Assembly (NCBI GenBank): GCA_944380045.1
Contig: CALWGI010000001.1
Span: forward strand, 1-43,262
From: an uncultured Blautia sp.
Lineage (GTDB): Bacteria; Bacillota; Clostridia; Lachnospirales; Lachnospiraceae
Direction of reading: 5' to 3'
Length of the DNA: 43,262 nt
A model generated the notes under the pieces. It was not told where the DNA came from. It did not search any database and saw only the letters and a list, made by a program, of their open reading frames with translations. The position numbers and the translations under genes are program-made. The first letter of the stretch is position 1. Each line of letters starts with the position of its first letter. Shown here one piece after another: positions 35,713-43,262 of the stretch.

Positions 35713-37677
35713 TTAAATTTCTATCTCTTCCAGCTCTCGAAGCCACAGCGCCGCGCAGGCGTCGCTGGGCATCCTGAGATCTCCCCTGGGAGATACGGCC
35801 ACACTTCCCACCTTGGGGCCGTCCGGCAGACAGGAACGCTTAAACTGCTGGGTAAAGAACCGTCTGTAGAATATCTTCAGCCATTTCAGTATGGTCCCGT
35901 CGTCATATTCTCCTTTGAACGCCAGCTGCGCCATGCGGAAAATCTTCCGCGGCGGGAACGTCCATCTGAGCATATAGTAAAGGAAAAAGTCGTGAAGCTC
36001 ATAGGGGCCCACCAGATCTTCGGTTTTCTGGGAGATCACTCCGTCCTTAGGAGGAAGGAGTTCGGGACTTACCGGAGTATCCAGGATATCCAGAAGAATG
36101 TCCGTCAGTTCCCGGTCGCCGCAGGTATCCGCGTAATATCTTACCAGATGGCGCACCAGCGTCTTGGGTACGGAACAGTTGACCGCATACATGGACATAT
36201 GGTCTCCATTGTAGGTAGCCCAGCCGAGAGCCAGTTCCGAAAGGTCGCCGGTTCCGATCACAATACCTCCGGACTGATTGGCGATATCCATAAGGATCTG
36301 CGTTCTTTCTCTGGCCTGTCCGTTCTCATACGTCACATCATGGACTTCCGGATCATGGCCGATATCCCGGAAATGCAGGTTCACCGCCTCCCGGATATTC
36401 ACCTCTCTAAGCTCCGTTCCCAGACATCTGCTTAGCTGGCAGGCATTCTGATACGTCCGGTCTGTGGTACCGAAGCAGGGCATGGTCACAGCCGTGATAT
36501 CCTCCCGCGCCATCCCCAGCATATCGAAAGCCCTCACTGCCACGAGAAGAGCCAGTGTGGAATCCAGGCCTCCGGAAAGGCCGATGACAACGTTCCGGCA
36601 ATGGATATGCGCCAGTCTTTTCTTAAGTCCCATAGCCTGGATATTCAGGATCTCCTCACAGCGTCTGTCTCTCTCCTCTTTCACGCCCGGAACGAAGGGA
36701 CGGGAATCAAATCTCCTGGTAAGTTCTGTCTCCGCTTCTTTCATGCGGAAAAATATCTCCGTATAATATCCGGTATCATTTCCGCCGGATACATCCGGAG
36801 CGAAACGGCAGGTAGTCATCCTTCTCCGCTCATTGACCAGTCTCCTGATATCCAGCTCGCTTAAAATAAATCCGTTCTCAAATCTGCGGCTCTCCGCCAG
36901 GATCACTCCGTTCTCCGCGATCATATTCTGACCGCCGTACACCACGTCCTGGGTTGACTCCCCCTCGCCTGCGGTAGCGTAAATATAACCGCACAGCAGA
37001 CGGGCGGACTGTCCGCTTACCAGCGCCTTGCGGTAAGAGTCCTTACCTACCACTTCGTCGCTGGCCGACAGATTCACGATCACTGTGGCGCCGTTCCTCA
37101 CATGCTCCATGCTGGGCGGCATCGGCACCCAGAGATCTTCACAGATCTCCGCGGATACTTTCAGCTCGGGAAAATCCTCGCAGGTGAACAGAAGCCTCGG
37201 GGAAAAGGGCACTTCGTACTCTTCTCCCGACAGTCCGCCCTCCAGAGGACGCATCAGCACAAGTCCGTCCGCATCCTCACCGGAGGTAAAATATCTTCCC
37301 TCATAAAACTCGTTATAATTAGGTATGTTGATCTTGGGAACAAAACCCAGGATCTCTCCCCTGCTGACAGCCGCGGCGGCATTGTACAGTTTTCCCTTAT
37401 ATTCCAAGGGAAGCCCCACGAAGATCAGGCCGTCCACATCCTCGGTCTCCTCTGCGATCCGCAAGAGCTGTGCTTTCGCCTCCCGCAGCAGATTTTCCTG
37501 CCAGAACAGATCCCCGCAGGTATAGGCAGTGATACACAGTTCGGGAAAAACCATGATCCTGGCGCCATTTTTCTCCATTTCCCCGACCATAGCGATAATC
37601 TGATCCGCATTATATTCACAGTCCGCCACACGCACATCAGGCGTTCCTGCACTGACTTTTATGAACCCGTCTTTCAT
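35713..37677 (-). CDS. nadE: Glutamine-dependent NAD+ synthetase
   Basis: Nitrilase triad (FPEL, PK..IPNY.EFYE, EICEDLW) fused to SGGLDS, ENGQARERT, GW.TY.GD, QQFKRS. Confidence 0.97.
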   Translation of the reverse strand: MKDGFIKVSAGTPDVRVADCEYNADQIIAMVGEMEKNGARIMVFPELCITAYTCGDLFWQENLLREAKAQLLRIAEETEDVDGLIFVGLPLEYKGKLYNAAAAVSRGEILGFVPKINIPNYNEFYEGRYFTSGEDADGLVLMRPLEGGLSGEEYEVPFSPRLLFTCEDFPELKVSAEICEDLWVPMPPSMEHVRNGATVIVNLSASDEVVGKDSYRKALVSGQSARLLCGYIYATAGEGESTQDVVYGGQNMIAENGVILAESRRFENGFILSELDIRRLVNERRRMTTCRFAPDVSGGNDTGYYTEIFFRMKEAETELTRRFDSRPFVPGVKEERDRRCEEILNIQAMGLKKRLAHIHCRNVVIGLSGGLDSTLALLVAVRAFDMLGMAREDITAVTMPCFGTTDRTYQNACQLSRCLGTELREVNIREAVNLHFRDIGHDPEVHDVTYENGQARERTQILMDIANQSGGIVIGTGDLSELALGWATYNGDHMSMYAVNCSVPKTLVRHLVRYYADTCGDRELTDILLDILDTPVSPELLPPKDGVISQKTEDLVGPYELHDFFLYYMLRWTFPPRKIFRMAQLAFKGEYDDGTILKWLKIFYRRFFTQQFKRSCLPDGPKVGSVAVSPRGDLRMPSDACAALWLRELEEIEI

Positions 37678-37692
37678 GGCGTTTTCTCCTTT

Positions 37693-38571
37693 TTATTTGC
37701 ACTTTTTGAGAATTTTTTTCAGTTCCTCAACGCTGAACACATAATTGGTGTTGCAGAAATGGCAGTTCAGCTCTGCCGGTATTCCCTCCTGGATCATCTC
37801 ATTCAGATCTTTTCTCCCGATACTGATAAGAGCCTTTTCCACTCTCTCCTTACTGCAGTTACAGTAAAATTCCGTGGATACCGTGTCCGTGATCTCTATG
37901 TCGAATCCGTCCAGCACTTTATCCAACAGGCTTTCCGGGGTGTGTCCTTCTTCCAGAAGGGTCGTCACGGACTGGATCTTCTGCACATTTTCCTCCAGCT
38001 TCGCGATTGTTTTCTCTTCCGCAAAAGGCATTACCTGAATGATAAATCCGCCCGCCTGGCGCACAGTGTTATCTTTATTCATCAGCACGCCCAGGCCTAC
38101 CGCTGAGGGAACCTGTTCGCTCACAGCAAAATAATAGGTCAGGTCCTCTGCGATCTCGCCTGTCTGAAGAGCCACCTGTCCGGAATATGGTTCTTTCAGC
38201 CCCATATCCTTGATCACATTCAGAATACCGTTTCCGATCGCTCCGGCAACGTCCAGCTTGCCTTTTGCGTTGGCAGGTATGATCACCTCCGGATTTCCCA
38301 CATAGCCCTTCACTCTTCCGCAGGAATCTGCCGTTACCGTAATTCCCTGAAGAGGTCCGTCGCCCTGTATCTGAAGGGTAAGGATATCTTTATCCCCCTT
38401 CATCATCACGCCCATCATGGCTCCTGCGGTGAGAAGCCGTCCCAGTGCGGCCGTGGCCACAGGGCTGGTATTATGGGCCTGTCTTGCAGTCTCAACTGTG
38501 TCTCTTGTCACTGCAGCGAAAGCCCGTACCTGGCTTCCCGCCGCCGTTGCTCTTACAATATAATCTCTCAT
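37693..38571 (-). CDS. hslO: Hsp33 redox-regulated chaperone
   Basis: AALGRLL, GDGP, GEIAED.TYYF..SEQ.PS, AGGF, CNC...CHFC zinc site. Confidence 0.96.
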   Translation of the reverse strand: MRDYIVRATAAGSQVRAFAAVTRDTVETARQAHNTSPVATAALGRLLTAGAMMGVMMKGDKDILTLQIQGDGPLQGITVTADSCGRVKGYVGNPEVIIPANAKGKLDVAGAIGNGILNVIKDMGLKEPYSGQVALQTGEIAEDLTYYFAVSEQVPSAVGLGVLMNKDNTVRQAGGFIIQVMPFAEEKTIAKLEENVQKIQSVTTLLEEGHTPESLLDKVLDGFDIEITDTVSTEFYCNCSKERVEKALISIGRKDLNEMIQEGIPAELNCHFCNTNYVFSVEELKKILKKCK

Positions 38572-39332
38572 GTATTCCTCCTCTTACCATGTTCCCGGGC
38601 AATAAACAGAAGCCTCTCACTGTCCGGCGAGGCCGGTTTATCCGTATAGGCATCATATACGCCGGCAAGTTCCATTCCCGCCTCGCGGATCAGCGCCTCT
38701 ATCTCCGCCTGTTCATAGGCTCTCTGGCAGTGAAGCTCTTCACACTTCTCATAGAGGCCGTCTTCCCGGGGAAGAAAAACCGCCAGCTCGTAAATATTAA
38801 GTCCCGTATCCGGGTCATAGCTGTTTTCCCATATAAAACTGCCCTCGTCCCGGTTTTCCGCTATGGTATCGTCTCCAAGAACATCCCGGTACTTATGCAC
38901 CGTGTTCATATCAAACAGAAAAATCCCGCCCGGATCCAGATAATTGTTTACCAGGCGGAATACCTGGAGCAGTTCTTCTTTCTCAGTGATATAATTCAGA
39001 CTGTCGCATACGCTTACCGCCGCGCGCACTGTCCCGTAAAGTTCAAACTCCTGCATATCCTGCAGAAGATAGAGAATATCCAGTCCGTCCTCCACTTTCT
39101 TTTCCATCGCTTCGGCAAGCATTTCCTCTGAATTGTCCACCCCAATCATATCATATCCTCTCCGGGCAAGCAATCCCGTCATCGTGCCGGTACCGCATCC
39201 CAGTTCCAGCACCAGGCCTTCCTCAATGCCTTCCTCCTTCAGATGTTTTTCCAGGCAGTCCGCCCAGCCTTCATAATCCACATTATCCATAAACAGATCA
39301 TAGACCTGCGCGAATTTTCCGTAAGCTTCCAT
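38568..39332 (-). CDS. Class I SAM-dependent methyltransferase
   Basis: FAQVYD.FM, VLELGCGTG, GVDNSEEML, QDM, DSLNY, L.PGG.FLFD; ATG 39332. Confidence 0.9.
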   Translation of the reverse strand: MEAYGKFAQVYDLFMDNVDYEGWADCLEKHLKEEGIEEGLVLELGCGTGTMTGLLARRGYDMIGVDNSEEMLAEAMEKKVEDGLDILYLLQDMQEFELYGTVRAAVSVCDSLNYITEKEELLQVFRLVNNYLDPGGIFLFDMNTVHKYRDVLGDDTIAENRDEGSFIWENSYDPDTGLNIYELAVFLPREDGLYEKCEELHCQRAYEQAEIEALIREAGMELAGVYDAYTDKPASPDSERLLFIAREHGKRRNT

Positions 39333-39346
39333 CTTTCTTTCCCCCG

Positions 39347-39377
39347 TAAAAAGGCAGATGATCACTCATCTGCCTTT
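39347..39377 (-). terminator. Intrinsic terminator after the lipoprotein gene
   Basis: aaaggcagatga-tcac-tcatctgccttt with TTTTT on the minus strand. Confidence 0.75.
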
Positions 39378-39404
39378 CATCAACAATCTTAAATTAACAA
39401 TCCC

Positions 39405-40460
39405 TTACTGAACGGGCATATAGTATACGTCTGCCGCTTCTCCATGCCAGTAATAGCTGTTGCCCTCTGCATCGTAGGCATCCACTTCACCGGTAAAGGT
39501 ATAGGTATTGCCGTCGAAATCTACCCAGTTGCCGTTTCCGTCAGGCGTGATCACAAGGGGATGTCCGTCAGAGTTGCGGTAGATCGTCCTTGTCTGATTG
39601 GTATCTGTCAGCTGTTCATCCGTAAATCCTCCGGAGTTGGAAGTAGTGGAAGAACTGTCCGCTGCTGCGTCTGTGCCTGCTGCCGCATCTGTTCCTGCCG
39701 CTGCGTCTGTGCCTGCTGCCGCATCCGTTCCCGCTGCCGCGTCTGTACCTGCCGCCGCATCCGTTCCTGCTGCATCGCCTGCAGGAGCAGCTTCTCCGGG
39801 AGCCGCCTCTTTCAGAGTGGAATCTCCAAGGATCAGGAAGGAATCAACAGAAGCCTGCACCGGCGCCAGAGCTTCCTCTGTCTTCACAGAAGCCTCGATA
39901 CTGTAATATTCCTGAGCATTGGCAAAAACTTTGTGGACAACATACAGATTGCCGCCGCTCTTCTCTGTATTCAGCATCTTTGTCACATAGCTGTATACGC
40001 CGATGCCGTTCACATCATTGGCTGTATAATTCTGGATCTCAAAATCAGTTCCCTGAACCTTATCTCCATCTGCCTGTTCCAGTGAAACCGCCATATCCTG
40101 AGTGCTGGGGATCACGGTGGAAGCCATGGTTTCCTCACCCTGTCCGTGAAGGATCAGGATATTACCCTGCTCAGGAGATTCGAAGCTCACTGTACCGGTC
40201 TCATCTGTCTTATTGGACCATGTAGCATCCGGCAGATTAATGGAAATGGACTGATCCGCAGACGTATACGTGGTGCTCTGTACATCAGGCGCGACAGTCG
40301 CCGTGGGTTCCGGTTCCGGGGTAGCTGTTGCCGCGGGAGTAGGTGTAACCGTCTCTTCTACCTGCTCCTCCGGCTCGTCTCCGCCGAACCCGCATCCGCT
40401 CATCATCATGGATGCAGCCGCGGCAATTGCCAGTATAGCTAATAATCTTTTATTTTTCAT
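39405..40460 (-). CDS. Acidic lipoprotein with P/T linker, PsbP/DcrB-like domain and GTDAAA repeats
   Basis: MKNKR + hydrophobic stretch + MSGC lipobox; SINLPDATW-type domain start; low-complexity repeats. Confidence 0.85.
   Translation of the reverse strand: MKNKRLLAILAIAAAASMMMSGCGFGGDEPEEQVEETVTPTPAATATPEPEPTATVAPDVQSTTYTSADQSISINLPDATWSNKTDETGTVSFESPEQGNILILHGQGEETMASTVIPSTQDMAVSLEQADGDKVQGTDFEIQNYTANDVNGIGVYSYVTKMLNTEKSGGNLYVVHKVFANAQEYYSIEASVKTEEALAPVQASVDSFLILGDSTLKEAAPGEAAPAGDAAGTDAAAGTDAAAGTDAAAGTDAAAGTDAAAGTDAAADSSSTTSNSGGFTDEQLTDTNQTRTIYRNSDGHPLVITPDGNGNWVDFDGNTYTFTGEVDAYDAEGNSYYWHGEAADVYYMPVQ
39661..39780. repeat. 18-bp coding tandem repeat x6 plus a partial unit
   Basis: gctgctgcgtctgtgcct|gctgccgcatctgttcct|gccgctgcgtctgtgcct|gctgccgcatccgttccc|gctgccgcgtctgtacct|gccgccgcatccgttcct. 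Confidence 0.95.
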
Positions 40461-40505
40461 GGTATCCTCCTTAAATAATTCTGAATATACTCAAACCTCG
40501 TGTAT

Positions 40506-40534
40506 ATTTTACATTTTTATTACATGAGTGTCAA
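40506..40534 (-). promoter_or_regulatory. sigmaA promoter of the lipoprotein gene with an overlapping WalR-like box
   Basis: TTGACA-N17-TAAAAT; TGTAAT-N5-TGTAAA at 40508-40524. Confidence 0.7.
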
Positions 40535-40585
40535 TGAAATTTCCCCACGGAATGTGAAATTACTAAGAAAAAACTATAAAGAAAC

Positions 40586-42631
40586 TCATACTTTATACAT
40601 TTTCAGCTCATGAAGAGCCCTGGTAGCGGCAATATACCGCGCCTGTCTGTGAAGGGGATTCCGGTCCCCGGATGTAAAAATCCCGTATACTCTGTCGAAT
40701 TCCAGTCCTTTCGCCAGATAAAACGTGGTGATCGTCAATCCCTTACAGAAGGTGCTGCTGTTGCGGTCAAGATAAGAAATCCGCTTCTCCCCGTCTGTTT
40801 CTCCGGCGTTCTCATCAAACCAGTCCGCGGCTTCCCTGGCCTCCGCCTCAGTGTAAAAGATCACCGCAGCTGTCTCAAGCCTTTCGCTGTCTTCCTGCCA
40901 GGTCCTCAGAACCTCCGCAAAAGCATCGCTTCTGCTCGTGAATTCTTCCTCCTGTACCGGAACTCCGTGTCTCTGGAACAGCTCCATATCCGTGATCCCG
41001 GCGATCCTGTTGGCATACTCCGCAATCTCTACGGTATTCCGGTAACTTTTGTTCATATGGATGATCCGGATATCTTTTCCGAAGATCCGCGGAAGGAATT
41101 CCAGTACATCCTGCTGACGGTCCTCCATCGTCTGCGCCCGGTCTCCCAGGATGGTCATCCTGCATGGAAACATTTTTTTCAGCAGCAGATATTGAACTCT
41201 GGAATAATCCTGCATCTCGTCCACCACCAGATGCCTGATCCCGCTGTGAACGCGGCACCGGTTCAGAGAATATTTCAGATAAAGAAGGGGATAAACGTCC
41301 TCATAAGAGAGCCTGCGCTTTTCCGGCGCCCGCTTCGGCAGAGGGCGGTATCCTTCGCTCTTCAGGAAACGGCTGTAAAGGGTGTAACAGTCTCTCGTAC
41401 TGTACATCTTCATAAATTTGGCCAGGATTTCTTCCCTCTCCTCATCGGCCAGGTCTCTCTGTCTTAAAGTTTCCACCTCGTCAATAAAATATTCCGCCAC
41501 AGCCTCCATTCTGGAAAGCAGGGGAATCTCGGAAAATTTAAAATAAAACAGGTTTATGATCTCGGATTCTTTCTTGCGGAATCCATGATATTCCACATCA
41601 CAAAAATCCGGAAGATCGTCTTCCAGTTCCATCACAAAACGGTCCAGGCGGGAGATAAATTCTCCGGACTGTTTCTCCCGGAAACACTCCATAACCGACG
41701 GATCCAGAACAGCCCTCTCGATGAGGTCGTATTTATCCTCGCAGTCCGCCACCGTATCCTGAAGGTCCCTGTAGGCAAACAGGTCAAAACTCATCTCCCG
41801 GATATTCTCTTCTCCCAGTTCCGGAAGGATCCGGGAGATATAATCGGCAAACACACTGTTGGGCGACAGGATCAGGACGTTTGAAGATTTCAGATTCTGC
41901 CTGTCGTGATACAGAAGATAGGCGATGCGGTGAAGCGCCACGGAAGTTTTCCCGCTCCCCGCGGTTCCCTGTATCACCATGATCCTGTCGGCTGTGTTAC
42001 GGATAATGGCGTTCTGTTCTTTCTGAATGGTGCGGATAATGTTCTTCAGATGAGTCTCGCCGCTGCCGCCCAGTTCCGCTCCCAGTATCTCGTCGTCGAT
42101 CTTAATATCGCTTTCGAATCCGTAGATCATCTTTCCCCGGCGGATCTTAAACTGCCATTTGGAAAGGATCTCGCCCTTAAAAACTCCGGAGGGAGCCTCG
42201 TACTTCGCCGGGCCTCTGTCGTAATCGTAAAACAGCCCGCTTACCGGCGCTCTCCAGTCATAGACAAGAGGGCTGCCTCCGGCCTGCCGGGCAAAGTTGC
42301 CGATCCCGATATAAAATTCCTCCGGTTCTTCATCCCCCTCGTAGACAAAATCCACACGCCCAAAGAAGGGGGAATCCAGCATTTTGCGGAATCTTCTGCG
42401 CAGACGGCGCTGGTCTTCGTTGGCGTTCACCTGCTGAAGAAGCGCCTGGCGGTTATCGAATTCCTCATACCCGTACTGGTCCATCTCCGTATAATTTTCC
42501 CAGTAGTAATCGTGCATGTCTTCGATCTCTTTCACGCCCGCCTCAAGAGCTTCCTGCACTTCCTGAAGTCTCTGTCTCAGACATCCCAGCACATACTCCA
42601 GGTATTCCGCAGCGTTCCTTCTGTCCGCCAT
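40586..42631 (-). CDS. helD: HelD-family RNA polymerase recycling ATPase
   Basis: SPFFGRVDF, YIG, DWRAP.S.LFY, I.TIQKEQN.IIR, QGTAGSGKTSVALHRIAYLLY, DEMQD, GD..Q, SYR.T.EI, KGLEFD, TRALHEL. Confidence 0.9.
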   Translation of the reverse strand: MADRRNAAEYLEYVLGCLRQRLQEVQEALEAGVKEIEDMHDYYWENYTEMDQYGYEEFDNRQALLQQVNANEDQRRLRRRFRKMLDSPFFGRVDFVYEGDEEPEEFYIGIGNFARQAGGSPLVYDWRAPVSGLFYDYDRGPAKYEAPSGVFKGEILSKWQFKIRRGKMIYGFESDIKIDDEILGAELGGSGETHLKNIIRTIQKEQNAIIRNTADRIMVIQGTAGSGKTSVALHRIAYLLYHDRQNLKSSNVLILSPNSVFADYISRILPELGEENIREMSFDLFAYRDLQDTVADCEDKYDLIERAVLDPSVMECFREKQSGEFISRLDRFVMELEDDLPDFCDVEYHGFRKKESEIINLFYFKFSEIPLLSRMEAVAEYFIDEVETLRQRDLADEEREEILAKFMKMYSTRDCYTLYSRFLKSEGYRPLPKRAPEKRRLSYEDVYPLLYLKYSLNRCRVHSGIRHLVVDEMQDYSRVQYLLLKKMFPCRMTILGDRAQTMEDRQQDVLEFLPRIFGKDIRIIHMNKSYRNTVEIAEYANRIAGITDMELFQRHGVPVQEEEFTSRSDAFAEVLRTWQEDSERLETAAVIFYTEAEAREAADWFDENAGETDGEKRISYLDRNSSTFCKGLTITTFYLAKGLEFDRVYGIFTSGDRNPLHRQARYIAATRALHELKMYKV

Positions 42632-42635
42632 AGGA

Positions 42636-42956
42636 TCAGCGGACTACAACTGCCGTTCCGCTGGCAGTCACCATCAGCATGCCGTTGTCGGCTCCCAGTA
42701 CTTCATAATCGATATCCACGCCGATCACAGCGTTGGCGCCCTGCTGCGCGGCCCTCTCCTCCATCTCACGGAGCGCTTCTTCCCTTGCCTGGAGAAGTTC
42801 ATCCTCATAGGACTGGGATCTTCCGCCGAAAATGTTGCGCACTCCTGCGGCAAAGTCTTTCAGGATATTGACGCCTGTGATCACCTCGCCGAATACGATT
42901 CCTTTATACTCTTCTACTTTTTTTCCTTCTATATAGCTTGTCGTTGTAACGATCAT
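42636..42956 (-). CDS. ybjQ: YbjQ/UPF0145 family protein
   Basis: [49 protein letters not shown]. Confidence 0.93.
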   Translation of the reverse strand: MIVTTTSYIEGKKVEEYKGIVFGEVITGVNILKDFAAGVRNIFGGRSQSYEDELLQAREEALREMEERAAQQGANAVIGVDIDYEVLGADNGMLMVTASGTAVVVR

Positions 42957-43027
42957 ATTGGTTTCCTCCTGTTTCGTAAATTATAGGTGCAATTATACAG
43001 GATTCCCTTCTGGAATCTGTAAAATTC

Positions 43028-43056
43028 ATTATAGCAGACGGAGAACAGCTAGTCCA
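43028..43056 (-). promoter_or_regulatory. sigmaA promoter for ybjQ-helD
   Basis: TGGACT-N17-TATAAT with TGn extension. Confidence 0.6.
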
Positions 43057-43092
43057 GATTTACGGGAAAAAGTGAAGGAGTAGAAGTGCAGG

Positions 43093-43262
43093 AAGAAAAC
43101 GGCGGCTGCGGATATGTTGATTCTCACAGTTTTGCTCCGCCGCCTTTTGTATGACAAAAATCATAAACTCGTCCCTTCGGTCCTCAGACAGATGATTTTT
43201 GTCATACGCTATGCTCGCAAAACTGTGGAAATCTGCCAAATATCCGCAGCCGCTGTTTTCTT
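43093..43262 (+). repeat. Long nested imperfect palindrome (structured RNA or MITE/REP-like element), cut by the window edge
   Basis: aagaaaacggcggctgcggatat / atatccgcagccgctgttttctt; cacagttttgc / gcaaaactgtg; gtatgacaaaaatcat / atgatttttgtcatac; central CTTCGG. Confidence 0.85.

Noticed and set aside
39661-39780. CRISPR-like array
   Set aside because: Units are contiguous, in-frame and have no spacers; no cas genes are present.
28083-42631. AddAB, methyltransferase and HelD as a novel defence island
   Set aside because: All are intact housekeeping orthologues in a core context, with no mobility genes or evident compositional shift.

Overview
Core chromosomal segment of a spore-forming Clostridia bacterium; gene content and order look Lachnospiraceae-like (inference). 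No prophage, IS, CRISPR, rRNA or tRNA was seen. From left to right: a truncated pseudo-signal-peptidase-like membrane protein; tcdA-murB-rapZ-whiA-crh (-); a permuted spoVAB-AC-AD-AE-AA operon (+) colliding head-on with spoIIAA-spoIIAB-sigF (-); T-box-valS, LTA synthase, folC, a 50-aa ORF and a Zn-ribbon/TPR membrane protein (-); an ABC ATPase plus a giant coiled-coil permease; cdd-pdp; a SASP gene; a PadR-DUF1700-DUF4097-PspC envelope-stress operon; rsmF (+); addBA; an FMN-binding-like membrane protein behind a sigmaE-type promoter; methyltransferase-hslO-nadE; a repeat-containing lipoprotein; ybjQ-helD; and a >=170-bp nested palindrome at the right edge. No clearly new multi-gene system is evident. 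The best leads are regulatory or structural: the overlapping convergent spoVA/sigF arrangement, a 91-nt hairpin hiding the folC ribosome-binding site, an HPr paralogue with Glu at the His15 position, the right-edge palindrome, and several candidate operators. All calls come from manual motif recognition; no database searches were run.
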